Assembly: GCA_040767805.1 (NCBI GenBank)
Contig: JAXGNU010000005.1
Location: 52,701-116,700 of the forward strand
Length of the DNA: 64,000 bases
Origin: Thermovirgaceae bacterium
GTDB taxonomy: Bacteria > Synergistota > Synergistia > Synergistales > Thermovirgaceae
Reading direction: 5' to 3'
In this document: positions 37,714 to 48,015 of the stretch, in pieces
How the letters are laid out: each line of letters starts with the position of its first letter
Numbering within the stretch: position 1 is the first letter of the stretch
Notes under the pieces: model-generated
Databases searched by the model: none
The model's input: only the letters and a program-made list of their open reading frames with translations
What the model was told of the DNA's origin: nothing
Translations under genes and position numbers: made by a program

Positions 37714-39276
37714 ATGAGGATAGCCTGTGTCCAGATGGAAGCGCCGGAATTGGCCGATTTTGAAAAGACTTTTAGCAGGATCCAACGTCTCCTGGATGAG
37801 GCCCTCCGGCCCGGCGTCGACCTGGTGGTGTTCCCGGAATGCTCATGGCCGGCCTACTTCATCGATCCCGCGGAGAAACAGTCCCTCAAGGAGGCCCTGT
37901 CGCTCAACGAACGATTGATCGACCATATCAGCAGGAAAGCCAGTGAACACGCTTCCTACGTGGCTTTCGGGCTGGTGGAGGAAAAGGACGGGAAGCTCGG
38001 CAACAATGCCATCCTCGTGGACCCCTCGGGAGAAATAGTCCTCAGGGTGTCAAAGATGAACCTTTGGCATTTCGACAGGGACCTCTACGAGCCGGGCCGA
38101 AGTTTTGACGTGGTCGATTCACCCTTTGGGCGGATCGGCCTCCTGATATGCGCCGACGCGCGTCTCCCGGAAATCGCCCGGGTGCTCTCCGTGATGGGGG
38201 CCGATCTCATCATCGACCCGGCGAACCTCACGGGCTACGCCGCTTCACACCAGGGCCTGACTAACCCGCAGCTGGATTTCATGCTGCCCGCCAGGGCTTT
38301 CGAGAACGGGGTATGGTGGGTCCTCTCAAACAAGTGCGGGATCGAATCGGCGGCGGTGCCCTACGTGGGCGGCAGCAGGGTGATATCCCCGGAGGGGGTC
38401 CTCGTCGCCTCGGCAAGCCCGGACAGGGAAGAAGTCATCTTCGCCGATATAGACCTGCCGGTGAAAAGGCCCGCGGCCCTTCCGGAAAGGGCGCCGGCGG
38501 CGTACGGGGTGCTCACTGAGCCCACCGAGAATCTTCCTGTGACGGGGATCACTACCCAACCCGCCATCCCCTCCTGCAATAGCTTTTTCCTGGGAGCCGC
38601 CCAGTTCGGGGCCGGTGATGCCGAAGAGTACGTCCTCAAGGCAGGGAAGCACCTGGCCGCACTGGGGCGGCTGCATGCGTCCGTCGCGGCCCTCCCCCCG
38701 GCCGGCTTTCTTCCCCCCAAGGGGATCCTCCATTTAGCCGAAGCAATAAGGGAAAGGTATGGAGCGGCGATCGGGGGGATGGTCGTCGCCCTCGCCCACG
38801 GCGGGGGTGACGGTGAACCCCTTGGAGTACTTTTCGACGCGGGGAAGATCCTGGCATCCTCCCGGGGCCTTCCGCCCCTCTCGGGATCGGATGTCATCGG
38901 GACGCCCCACGGTAACTTCGCCTTCGTCCACGGCGAGGGGATCGTCCTCCCCGAATACGCCAGGATCCTGACCCTCCTGGGCGCGGATTTGCTGTTTTCC
39001 CTTACGGACACCTTGACGGGGCCTTCCCTTGAGATCGCCAGGACGCGGGCCTACGAGAACAAGGTCTTCCTGGTGCGCGCCGCCTCCCCCGGTGAGGGCA
39101 AGAGGTCCTTCATCTGTGACCCCTACGGGAGGGTCCTCTCCAGTGCCTTCATCGGGGTTGAGCAGGTCTTCGGCTGCCAGGCGGAACTCTTGTCGGCGAG
39201 GTGCAAAGAGGTCGTCCCGGGCACCGACGTGATAAGAGGCAGGAGACCTTCCGACTATCGGTCGCTCTGCCGGTAA
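37714..39276 (+). CDS. tandem carbon-nitrogen hydrolase (nitrilase-superfamily) protein
   Basis: The N-terminal half has the E-K-C triad context (VVFPEC.., LLICADAR). The C-terminal half is CN-hydrolase-like but lacks the Cys context (FAFVHGEG). Confidence 0.75.
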   Translation: MRIACVQMEAPELADFEKTFSRIQRLLDEALRPGVDLVVFPECSWPAYFIDPAEKQSLKEALSLNERLIDHISRKASEHASYVAFGLVEEKDGKLGNNAILVDPSGEIVLRVSKMNLWHFDRDLYEPGRSFDVVDSPFGRIGLLICADARLPEIARVLSVMGADLIIDPANLTGYAASHQGLTNPQLDFMLPARAFENGVWWVLSNKCGIESAAVPYVGGSRVISPEGVLVASASPDREEVIFADIDLPVKRPAALPERAPAAYGVLTEPTENLPVTGITTQPAIPSCNSFFLGAAQFGAGDAEEYVLKAGKHLAALGRLHASVAALPPAGFLPPKGILHLAEAIRERYGAAIGGMVVALAHGGGDGEPLGVLFDAGKILASSRGLPPLSGSDVIGTPHGNFAFVHGEGIVLPEYARILTLLGADLLFSLTDTLTGPSLEIARTRAYENKVFLVRAASPGEGKRSFICDPYGRVLSSAFIGVEQVFGCQAELLSARCKEVVPGTDVIRGRRPSDYRSLCR

Positions 39277-39350
39277 ACCGTTCCTTCGAAGTCGCCTGCG
39301 GGCCTATTTCCCAGTTCACCAGGGTGATCCTCTATAAGTGCATTGCCGTC

Positions 39351-39384
39351 TTGACAAGATTCATATAGTCTATATTCTATAGAC
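39351..39384 (+). promoter_or_regulatory. putative promoter (TTGACA) with overlapping palindromic operator
   Basis: TTGACA at 39351-39356. Perfect inverted repeat GTCTATA-ttc-TATAGAC at 39368-39384, of the GT..AC GntR-operator type. Confidence 0.5.
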
Positions 39385-39430
39385 CATAGGAACTGGACCA
39401 CGCCATCCACTATTCTCAGGAGGTGCTTGT

Positions 39431-39829
39431 ATGGAGAAAAAGGTCATACCGTTCGGCAGCGCCATGGGAATGAAGGTAGCCTTCAGTACCGCCGTAAGCG
39501 TGGATGTCAAGTCCGTCGAGAAGATCATCTGGGTCTCCGGCCAGGTCTCTTTCGACGAAAAGGGGAACATCCTGGGTAAGGACGACATGTTCGTCCAGAC
39601 GGAGCACGTTATCCGGAACATTCAAAGCGCCCTGGCGGAGTTCGGGGCCGGCCTGGATGACGTGGTCGAGGTCAACGTGTTCGTCAGGGACATGAGCCGG
39701 CTCAAGGAGATCCACGAAGCGAGGCTCAAATATTTCAAGGAGCCTTTCCCCACCAGCACCCTGGTTGAGGTCAACAAATTCGTGCATCCCGACGCCCTGA
39801 TCGAGATCAATGCCGTGGCAGTGATCTAG
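39431..39829 (+). CDS. RidA/YjgF-family protein (paralog 1)
   Basis: 132 aa with a RidA-like core (VSGQVS.D..G, R......EI.AVAV). Confidence 0.8.
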   Translation: MEKKVIPFGSAMGMKVAFSTAVSVDVKSVEKIIWVSGQVSFDEKGNILGKDDMFVQTEHVIRNIQSALAEFGAGLDDVVEVNVFVRDMSRLKEIHEARLKYFKEPFPTSTLVEVNKFVHPDALIEINAVAVI

Positions 39830-39878
39830 AAACCAGGTCCGGGAAAGCAGATATCTGACATCGTAAGGGGGAGAAGAG

Positions 39879-40931
39879 ATGAAAAGGAAGAGCTTTATCG
39901 CGGTTCTGCTGGTTGTACTGGTTATGAGCCTGGCCTCGGCCGCCGTGGCCGAGGAAAAGTTCCACTGGAGACTGCAGTCCAGTTGGGCCACGGGGCTGGA
40001 GATCCAGAGGCAGGTCGAGAGGTTCGCCGAACTCGTGACAAAAATGAGTGGAGGACGGTTGACTATTACTGCCCTTCCGGCGGGCGCGGTGGTGGGGGGG
40101 CTTGAGGTTTTCGACGCCGTGAGCCAGGGCGTCATTGACGCCATGAACAGCCTTTCCGCGTACTGGATCGGGAAAGAGCCCGCGGCGCCCATGTTCTCGG
40201 CGATCCCGCTCGGTATGGATGTCATGCAGTACTACGCCTGGTATTACTACGGTGACGGCCTCGACCTCATGCAGGAGATGTACGCCAAGCACAACATCGG
40301 TTACGCCGCTTTCTGCGCGATAAACCCGGCCGAGGACTTCCTCTGGGCCCACAAACCGATCACGAAGCTCAGCGATTTCAAGGGCCTGAAGATCCGCACC
40401 GTCGGCTACTGGGGCGAGATCGCGACCAAACTCGGTGCCCGCGTCGTCACCCTCCCGGGCGGTGAGCTCTACGGCGCCCTTGAGAAACGAATAATCGACG
40501 CGGCCGAGTTCTGCAACCCCGAGTCGGATTTCAAGTCCGGCCTGCATGAAGTGGCGAAGTACGTCCACGTCCCCGGCGTCCACCAGCCCGTGTCTTTCCT
40601 CGAGCTCCTCATCAACAAGCAGTCCTGGGACGCCCTGCCCGAAGACCTCCAGGAGATCGTGAAGTCGGCGGCAAAGGCTTCCGTCCTGGAAGGGTATGTC
40701 ACCTGCCTCATGGCCGACGGCGAGGCCCTGAGGGAATTCGAGAAGAATAAGAACGTCATAGTGAAGCTCCCCCCGGAGATGATCGCCGAACTGAAGAAAC
40801 TCGCATGGGAGCTCTACGACGAGAAGGCGGCGAAAGACCCGTTCTTCAAAAAGGTTTGGGATTCCCAGCGCAAGATCATAGCTGATTACGACCACTGGGC
40901 ATCCTACATGGTCCCGCCGAGGCTGGACTAA
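39879..40931 (+). CDS. TRAP transporter substrate-binding protein (DctP superfamily, COG4663-like)
   Basis: Signal peptide, W.LQSSW...L motif. Followed by Q and M genes. Confidence 0.85.
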   Translation: MKRKSFIAVLLVVLVMSLASAAVAEEKFHWRLQSSWATGLEIQRQVERFAELVTKMSGGRLTITALPAGAVVGGLEVFDAVSQGVIDAMNSLSAYWIGKEPAAPMFSAIPLGMDVMQYYAWYYYGDGLDLMQEMYAKHNIGYAAFCAINPAEDFLWAHKPITKLSDFKGLKIRTVGYWGEIATKLGARVVTLPGGELYGALEKRIIDAAEFCNPESDFKSGLHEVAKYVHVPGVHQPVSFLELLINKQSWDALPEDLQEIVKSAAKASVLEGYVTCLMADGEALREFEKNKNVIVKLPPEMIAELKKLAWELYDEKAAKDPFFKKVWDSQRKIIADYDHWASYMVPPRLD

Positions 40932-41044
40932 GTTCGCCTGTCCGTCCCCCCGGACGGTCGGGCTTATGGGGGGCAGGGCCACGGATCGTTCCTCCGTGGC
41001 CCTGATCTTATTGACCCAGGAGACGTTCTGAGAGGAGAAATTCC

Positions 41045-41569
41045 ATGGTCCGTAAATTCGTGAATTTCATCGATGCCCTCAACCTTTTCGTCGGACGGTC
41101 CGCGAGGTGGCTCGTGCTCATATTGACGGGCTGTTTCACCTATGAAGTGATAATGCGGTACGGGTTCAACAACCCCACGGTCTGGATCTTCGACGTCAGC
41201 TACATGCTCGGGGGGAGCTTCTTCGTCCTCGGGATGGGTTACACCCTGTTGAAGAACAACCACGTCAGGGTCGATGTTTTTTCTTCCAAGTTCAACGTGA
41301 AGGTGAAGGCCTTCATAGAGATCGTGCTCACCCTTTTCCTCTTCTACCCGGCGTGGGGCATCCTGATATACCGGGCTATCCCTTACGTCTACCGGTCCTG
41401 GATCACCAGGGAAAAGGCCCTGGAGAGTTTCTGGCAGCCCCCGATATACCCATTCAAGACGATCTTTCTCCTGGGCGTGATCCTGCTCCTGCTCCAGGTG
41501 ACGGCCGAATTGTTCCGTTCCTTCGAAGTGTTCTTCAGCAAGGGAGGTGCCGGTGATGCCAACGTTTAG
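41045..41569 (+). CDS. TRAP transporter small permease
   Basis: 174 aa, four TM helices, positioned between the SBP and DctM genes. Confidence 0.8.
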   Translation: MVRKFVNFIDALNLFVGRSARWLVLILTGCFTYEVIMRYGFNNPTVWIFDVSYMLGGSFFVLGMGYTLLKNNHVRVDVFSSKFNVKVKAFIEIVLTLFLFYPAWGILIYRAIPYVYRSWITREKALESFWQPPIYPFKTIFLLGVILLLLQVTAELFRSFEVFFSKGGAGDANV

Positions 41570-42905
41570 CCCCGAGATGAACACCCTCCTGATGTTCGGC
41601 TCCTTGCTGATCCTCCTGTTCCTCGGTTTCCCGCTGGCCTTCGTGTTGACCGGCATCGGCCTCCTGTTCGGCGTCTCCCTTTTCGGGCTGAATTACGCCG
41701 GGGCTTTCATCCTCGCCTTCCTGTCGACGATGAAGAACTACATCCTGCTGGCGATCCCCCTTTTCGTGTTCATGGGGGCGATAATGCAGTACTCCGACGT
41801 CAGCGACAGGCTTTTCGGCACCGTCTACGTGCTGTTCGGGAAGTTGCGGGGAGGCCTTGCTATTACCAGCAACATACTGTCGACCATTTTCGCCGCCTGC
41901 ACGGGGGTCGTGGGGGCGTCGGTGGTGACCGTGGGGCTGCTCTCCATGCCCCCGATGCTGAAAAGGAACTACGACAAGAAACTCATCGCCGGGATAATCT
42001 GCGCCGGCGGCTGCCTGGGGGTCCTGATCCCGCCGAGCATCATGGTGATAGTCTACGGGCCCGCGGCAGGGGTCTCGGTGGGCAAGCTCTTCATGGGACT
42101 GATCGGGCCGGGGCTTTTGCTCTCAGCCCTTTACACCCTCTACATCGTCGTCCTGACGTCGATCTTCCCTGAAGCGGGCCCCCCGATCTCAAAGGAGGAC
42201 CTCGCCGATTTTCCCTGGGCTAAAACAAAGAGAGGCGTGGCCTTAAGGGTCCTCTCTTCCCTTGTGGCGCCCCTCGTGATCATCCTGGCAGTCCTCGGCA
42301 CCATATTCTTCGGCGTGGCTTCCCCGACGGAAGCGGCCGGGGTGGGCGCGGCGGCGGCGATAGCCCTCGCCTTCGCCTATAAAAAACTGAACGTGAAGAT
42401 GCTCGTCGACGCCTCGGACTCGGCCCTCAAAACGACCTGCATGATCCTGACCATGACGGTGGGGGCCGTCCTGTTCGTGTCAACCTTCATGTCGATGGGA
42501 GGCGGCGCCGTCGTTGAGCGTTTCATCATGGGTCTCCCCTTCGGGAAATGGGGGATCTTCTTCCTCATGTTCGCCGTCGTCACCATACTGGGCATGTTCC
42601 TGGACTGGATTGGGATCGTCCTCCTGATCGTCCCCCTATTCACGCCCATCGCCGCCAACCTGGGTTTCGACCCGGTCTGGTTCTCCATAATGATGATCCT
42701 CTTCCTGCAGCTGTCCTACCTTACGCCGCCCTTTGCGCTGGCGATATTCTATTTCAAGGGCATCTGCCCACCGGAGATCACGACGATGGACATCTACAAG
42801 GGGGTCGTTCCCTTCATCGCGATCCAGGTTTTCGCCTTCACTCTCTGCATCCTGTTCCCGGGGATCATCCTGTGGCTGCCCTCCGTGTCAGTCACGGGCT
42901 GGTAG
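41556..42905 (+). CDS. TRAP transporter large permease
   Basis: Polytopic DctM-family protein. ATG 41556 lies 8 nt after GGGAGG (the track ORF begins at GTG 41547). Confidence 0.88.
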   Translation: MPTFSPEMNTLLMFGSLLILLFLGFPLAFVLTGIGLLFGVSLFGLNYAGAFILAFLSTMKNYILLAIPLFVFMGAIMQYSDVSDRLFGTVYVLFGKLRGGLAITSNILSTIFAACTGVVGASVVTVGLLSMPPMLKRNYDKKLIAGIICAGGCLGVLIPPSIMVIVYGPAAGVSVGKLFMGLIGPGLLLSALYTLYIVVLTSIFPEAGPPISKEDLADFPWAKTKRGVALRVLSSLVAPLVIILAVLGTIFFGVASPTEAAGVGAAAAIALAFAYKKLNVKMLVDASDSALKTTCMILTMTVGAVLFVSTFMSMGGGAVVERFIMGLPFGKWGIFFLMFAVVTILGMFLDWIGIVLLIVPLFTPIAANLGFDPVWFSIMMILFLQLSYLTPPFALAIFYFKGICPPEITTMDIYKGVVPFIAIQVFAFTLCILFPGIILWLPSVSVTGW

Positions 42906-42950
42906 CAGCGCTGTCGAGGGTTTTATCATGAATTCAAGGAGGGTTCGCTC

Positions 42951-43538
42951 GTGAAAGAGATCCTGGTCAAGGGAGGCACCGCGGAAGCTTTCGAGGTCCG
43001 GAAGGGCGGGAAGTTCAAACTTACCGACGTCGTGGGCGGCCAGGTCGCCGATTTCGTGGCCTTCAACAAGAACGACCTGAAGGAAAAATCTTCGCCCGGC
43101 CATACCCGCATCTCCAACCGTTCACTGAGGTTGAAGACCGGTGACAGCATCCGCTCAAACTTGAGGCATGAGATGATCCGACTGCTGGAGGAGACCGCCG
43201 GGCACCACGACATCCTGATCGTCGCCTGCGATGAGCAGCGGTACCTCGTGGATTACGGGGTGGCCGATCATCGAAGCTGCGTGAACAATTTCGAGCAGGT
43301 GCTCGGGCGATACGGGATCGACCGGTGGGTCCTCCCTGACCCTGTCAACTTTTTCCAGCACACCCGGATCGGTGACGACGGAGAGATCATACAGTTGCCC
43401 TCGATCAACCCAGGCGGCTCCTTCGTGATGATGGAGGCCCTGATGGACCTGGTCTGCGCCGTCTCGGCATGCCCCATGGACCTCAACCCCATCGGCGGGA
43501 GCGATATTACCGATATTCTCGTCACTCTATATGACTAA
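42951..43538 (+). CDS. DUF1989 (urea-carboxylase-associated) family protein
   Basis: Pattern GGQVADFVAF, HHDILIVACD, SACPMDLNP. GTG start after AAGGAGGG. Confidence 0.7.
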   Translation: MKEILVKGGTAEAFEVRKGGKFKLTDVVGGQVADFVAFNKNDLKEKSSPGHTRISNRSLRLKTGDSIRSNLRHEMIRLLEETAGHHDILIVACDEQRYLVDYGVADHRSCVNNFEQVLGRYGIDRWVLPDPVNFFQHTRIGDDGEIIQLPSINPGGSFVMMEALMDLVCAVSACPMDLNPIGGSDITDILVTLYD

Positions 43539-43633
43539 CATGCCGGGGTAGGAGGCGAAGGGGACCCTGTTGGAGTCCTTTGCGCGGCCGCCCGGTACTG
43601 CTGCCAAAGGACATAAAAAGAGGTGTGACCGGG

Positions 43634-44347
43634 ATGACAGCGAGAAAAACGGAAAAGGGCTACCTGACGAAAAGCCAATACGCCTACAGGACCATCAGGG
43701 AGGGGATAATCACCCGGCGTTACCTCCCGGGGTCTCCGATGATAATCACGAGCCTCAGCAAAAGCCTCGGCGTGAGCGAGACGCCCGTCAGGGACGCCAT
43801 AAAGATGCTCCTTTCGGAAGGGTTCGTTGTATCCAATGATCACGTGGGAGCCAGGGTGGCCAGTCCCTCCCTGGAGGACCTGAAGAACATGTTCGAAATG
43901 CTCCTCAGCCTCCAGGGCATCGCCACGAGGATGGCGGTCTACCAGGATCCGGGAGGCCTCCTTGACGAGCTGGAGGAGATCCTGGAGAGGACGAAGCTTT
44001 ACATCCATGAGCAACGCCACGAGGAATACGGGATCCTGAACGACCGGTTCCACGATTCCATCGAGAGCCGGTGCTGCAACCTTGAACTGGCCTCGACCAT
44101 CAATTCCTACAGGGAAAGGACCGGCTGGGTGCGGTCCCTCTTCGTGTTGAACCCGAAACGCCTTGAGGAGTCCTTTGACGAGCACGTCGAGATTTTTGAG
44201 GCCATCAAGGGGAGAAAGGCCAGGACGGCGGAAAAGATCCTGAAAAAACACCTGCTCATATCCTTCAACGGCTACCTTGATTTCCTGAAAAAAGAGAAAG
44301 GGTACGAGGGGAAGGAATATGAGATAGACGGGAGCCGCTGGATCTGA
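43634..44347 (+). CDS. GntR-family transcriptional regulator (FCD/FadR subfamily)
   Basis: Winged-HTH LSKSLGVSETPVRDAIKML..EG plus a helical C-terminal domain. Start taken at the internal ATG. Confidence 0.85.
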   Translation: MTARKTEKGYLTKSQYAYRTIREGIITRRYLPGSPMIITSLSKSLGVSETPVRDAIKMLLSEGFVVSNDHVGARVASPSLEDLKNMFEMLLSLQGIATRMAVYQDPGGLLDELEEILERTKLYIHEQRHEEYGILNDRFHDSIESRCCNLELASTINSYRERTGWVRSLFVLNPKRLEESFDEHVEIFEAIKGRKARTAEKILKKHLLISFNGYLDFLKKEKGYEGKEYEIDGSRWI

Positions 44348-44437
44348 ACCGGCAGGGCCTTCGAGCCGGCCGGACCACGAGAGGGCTCTCCGCCCCTGTG
44401 CGGGGACGGGGAGCCCTCGGGTGCGCGCCCTTTTCAG

Positions 44438-44845
44438 TTACAGGGCGGCGACAGTCTGGACCTCGACGAGGAAAGGCTCCTGGACGAGCCTGTCTACCAT
44501 CAAAAGGGTGTTGGGCGGGTAGACCCCGTCGGGGAAAAGGCGAGGAAACTCCCGTTTCCGGAATTCCATGAATTTCGGAATATCCTGGGAGTGGACCAGG
44601 TAGGTCGTGAACTGTACGACCTGGCCCCAGCCGGCACCTGCCGAGGCAAGGGCTTCACCGATGTTTTTGAAAACCTGGGTGCACTGGGCGTCGAAGTCGT
44701 CTTTCCCGACCACGTTACCGGCTCCGTCGGATGAGAGCATGCCCGAAATGAAGAGCAGCTCACCGGCCTTGACGCGGGCTATGTGGGAATACTGTCCCAG
44801 GGGTTTACCCAGGGTTTCGGCGTTGTAGATCTTGATCTCCGCCAT
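44438..44845 (-). CDS. RidA/YjgF-family protein (paralog 2)
   Basis: MAEIKIYNAE.. with a RidA-like core. ATG 44845 lies 8 nt after GGGGAGG. Confidence 0.8.
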   Translation of the reverse strand: MAEIKIYNAETLGKPLGQYSHIARVKAGELLFISGMLSSDGAGNVVGKDDFDAQCTQVFKNIGEALASAGAGWGQVVQFTTYLVHSQDIPKFMEFRKREFPRLFPDGVYPPNTLLMVDRLVQEPFLVEVQTVAAL

Positions 44846-45057
44846 TGGTTCAACCTCCCCTATCATTTATTGGGCTTCGGGTCCCGGGACCGAGGAGTCC
44901 AAGGTCGAAGCGCTCGTTACCGGTTCCTTCGGGTCATTCTTCGCAAGTATATAACACAAGGTGCGCCCTGGAGCAAGATAGTATACATCAACGGGCCGCC
45001 CCTAAAGCGACACGACAGGTCGATCAAGAAAAAGAAAAGGAGAGGAGAGTTTTCGCG

Positions 45058-46245
45058 ATGTGGAAGGACATTAAATTCGTGACCCCCGATATCGTTTTCG
45101 GCATGAATGCCGTAAACACCGTCGGGGACAAGATCAAAGCCCTCAAGGGAAAAAGGGCCCTGGTGGTAACCGGCCCCTCGGTTAAGGCTTCAGGAGCGCT
45201 GGACAAGGTGTTGCAATCCGCCAGGGACGCCGGCGTGGACTTCGACGTCAACGTCCAGCAGCGGTCTACACCCGAGCCCACCACCGAACTCGCCGAGGAA
45301 GTGGCGAAGTACATCGTTGACGGCAAATTCGACGTTGTAGTGGGACTTGGAGGCGGCAGCATTCTAGACGTGGCGAAGATGTCCTCGGCGCTCACCACGA
45401 ACCCCGGCAAGACGAGAGACTATTTCGGCCCCGGGAAGGTCAAGAACAAGGGTCTCCCCACCATCATGATCCCCACCACCGCTGGGACCGGTTCAGAGGT
45501 CACCAAGCACGCCATCTTCCTGGACCAGGAGAACAACGTGAAAAAGGCCGTCGCTTCTTCGGCCCTGCTCCCCGATGTGGCCATCGTCGACCCGATGTTG
45601 ACCGTGTCATCGCCACGCCACGTCACCAGCGCTTCGGGTTTCGACGCCTGGCTTCACGCCGCGGAGCCCTTCGTGTCGAAGAACACGAACCCCATCACCG
45701 ACGCCCTGGCACTGCAGGCGGTGAGCATCATCGCGAAGCACCTGGGCGTGGCCTGGTCCGACCCCAACGACCTGGACGCCCGGTACCACGTATCCCTCGG
45801 TTCCCTGATGTCCGGCATGGTCCTCAACAATGCGGGGACCAGCCTGGTGCATGCCCTGGCTTACCCCATAGGAGGCGAGTACCACGCAACCCACGGTATC
45901 TCCCTAAGCGTGCTTCTCATCGCCTGCTTCAAGGCGATAGCCGCCTCCAAGGGGGAGCGCCTCGTCCAGATAGCCAGGGCCATGGGCGAGAACGTGGACG
46001 GCCTTTCCACCCGGGAGGGTGTGGAGGTCGCCCTCGACGCCATGGCGGCTTTCATGAAGAGCGTGGAACTGCCCATCAGCCTCGAGGAGATAGGGATAAC
46101 GGACCGGTCCGGCGTCGAGCGGTGGGCCGTGGAGGGTTGGAATGAAAGGCGCCTCCTGGGCCGCTGTGCCCGCGACCTGACCGTCGAGGATATAGCCGCT
46201 ATTTACAGGGATGCCTTCGAGGCGAGGAACTTTTGCTGGGAATAG
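45058..46245 (+). CDS. iron-containing alcohol dehydrogenase family protein
   Basis: GLGGGSILDVAK, the PTTAGTGSE motif and conserved His residues. ATG 45058 follows AAGGAGAGGAG. Confidence 0.85.
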   Translation: MWKDIKFVTPDIVFGMNAVNTVGDKIKALKGKRALVVTGPSVKASGALDKVLQSARDAGVDFDVNVQQRSTPEPTTELAEEVAKYIVDGKFDVVVGLGGGSILDVAKMSSALTTNPGKTRDYFGPGKVKNKGLPTIMIPTTAGTGSEVTKHAIFLDQENNVKKAVASSALLPDVAIVDPMLTVSSPRHVTSASGFDAWLHAAEPFVSKNTNPITDALALQAVSIIAKHLGVAWSDPNDLDARYHVSLGSLMSGMVLNNAGTSLVHALAYPIGGEYHATHGISLSVLLIACFKAIAASKGERLVQIARAMGENVDGLSTREGVEVALDAMAAFMKSVELPISLEEIGITDRSGVERWAVEGWNERRLLGRCARDLTVEDIAAIYRDAFEARNFCWE

Positions 46246-46416
46246 GCGGCGCGATCCGTGAGAATAGGGCGTGAGAGGGCGTCATCGACGGGCCTGCCCG
46301 GTGGCGGTCGAGCCTAAGCCCATCGCCCGCGATAGATGAACAGGACACCCACGCCGGCTTTCCCGGGCGCCCTGCGTAAACCGGCCCCGGGTGGCTTTGC
46401 AGAGGAGGAATGAAAA

Positions 46417-47667
46417 TTGGCTACGATCCACAACAAGAGCGCGACACCCTGGAAGACTGACAAGTGGTACACGAGTCCCTGGAACTTCATCCCCGAGGTC
46501 CGGGAGGGGATGAAGTTTTCCCCGAACATCCAGTTCCACGACGTGTCCCTCCGGGACGGCGAGCAGCAGGCGGGCCTCCTTTTCAACAAGGACCAGAAGA
46601 TAGCCATTGCCGAAAAACTGGCTGAACTGGGCATCCAGAGGATCGAGGCCGGCATGCCCGTGGTTTCGGAGCAGGATGCCGAGGCCATCAGGGAGATCGT
46701 CAAGAGGAACCTCGGTCCGAAGATCTTTTCCTTCGCAAGGTGCATGAAGGAGGACGTGAAGAGGTCCGTCGATATCGGCGTGAAGAACATAGTCATGGAG
46801 GTCCCGGCCAGCGACCATATCCTGAAGTACGCCTACCGTTGGGAGTTCGAGAAGGCCATCGAAGTGTCGATCGAGGCCACCCTCTACGCGAAGGAGAACG
46901 GCCTTTACGTCTCCTTCTTCACCATCGACGGCACCAGGGCCGACATCGACGACTACCTGAAGATCGTCGACCGGGTCGCCTCGGAGGGGCACATGGATGA
47001 ACTCACCGTGGTGGACACCTTCGGCGGGCTGAACCCCCACTCGGTCCCCTACCTTATCAAGAAAGTCAAGGAGCATATACCCGACAAGCCCATCGGTGTC
47101 CATTTCCACGACGACTTCGGCCTGGGCGCGGCCACGACGATCATGGGTCTGGCCTCGGGCGCGGACATCGCCCACACCTCCATATCGGGCATCGGCGAGA
47201 GGGCCGGCAACGCGCCCTACGAGGATGTGGCCATGGCCCTTTTGACGATGTACGGTGTCGATACGGGTCTACGCTACGAGAAGATCTATCCCCTCTCGAA
47301 ATACCTCCGGGAGATCACGGGGCTTACGGTGCGCCAGAACAGGGGCATCGTAGGGGATCACGTGGCCGATATCGAATCGGGGATAGTAGCGGCCTGGTAC
47401 AAGAACGTGGAGGGTATAGCGCCCCTTGAACTTTCCCCCTTCCTCTACGACCTGGTGGGCCACCCCGACACGAAGGTGGTCATCGGGAAGCTTAGCGGGC
47501 TCCCCACGGTGGATATCTACCTGGACAAGCTGGGCATCGAGACCGATGACAAGGACGCCAAGGCAGAGATCCTGAAGAGGATCAAGGACACGGCGCTGGA
47601 GAAGAGGCGCCTGCTGACCATCGAGGAGTTCGGAGAGATAGCGACGTCGGTCCTGGATAAGTCCTAA
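46417..47667 (+). CDS. HMGL-like (pyruvate carboxyltransferase / homocitrate-isopropylmalate synthase family) enzyme
   Basis: DVSLRDGEQ and HFHDDFGLG..T motifs. TTG start after GAGGAGGA. Confidence 0.8.
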   Translation: MATIHNKSATPWKTDKWYTSPWNFIPEVREGMKFSPNIQFHDVSLRDGEQQAGLLFNKDQKIAIAEKLAELGIQRIEAGMPVVSEQDAEAIREIVKRNLGPKIFSFARCMKEDVKRSVDIGVKNIVMEVPASDHILKYAYRWEFEKAIEVSIEATLYAKENGLYVSFFTIDGTRADIDDYLKIVDRVASEGHMDELTVVDTFGGLNPHSVPYLIKKVKEHIPDKPIGVHFHDDFGLGAATTIMGLASGADIAHTSISGIGERAGNAPYEDVAMALLTMYGVDTGLRYEKIYPLSKYLREITGLTVRQNRGIVGDHVADIESGIVAAWYKNVEGIAPLELSPFLYDLVGHPDTKVVIGKLSGLPTVDIYLDKLGIETDDKDAKAEILKRIKDTALEKRRLLTIEEFGEIATSVLDKS

Positions 47668-47736
47668 GGAGGTTCTGTCATTCTCCTGACTCCCTCTCCT
47701 GAGGGTGATTGCCCTGGGCATCCGGATTTTGTAGGT

Positions 47737-48015
47737 TTGGGGGAGTTGCCCCCGGATGCTGTTTTTGAAATGACCCAACGAGGCGCTATCGAAGATGTTG
47801 TGGCAGCGTCGGTCAACATGACCGTCGGGGTCGCCAGGGAAAGGGCCTCTATTATCGTAGTAACAGGAGAGAGCAACCAGGGATACATTGAAAAGTTGGG
47901 TCTGACCTCTGCCCCCGATTTCTCTACGGCAATGGGATTGGCAGAAAAGAAATCGGGAGGCATCGAAAGCATAGGGATCATCACCCACGGTGGAGATTTC
48001 GCGCCCAAGTTTTAA
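47737..48015 (+). pseudogene. possible 3' remnant of a LarA-like (DUF2088) gene
   Basis: 92-aa ORF in a composition dip. The C-terminal pattern ..IGIITHGGDFAP resembles LarA-family ends, but no upstream homologous frame exists. Weak call. Confidence 0.25.
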
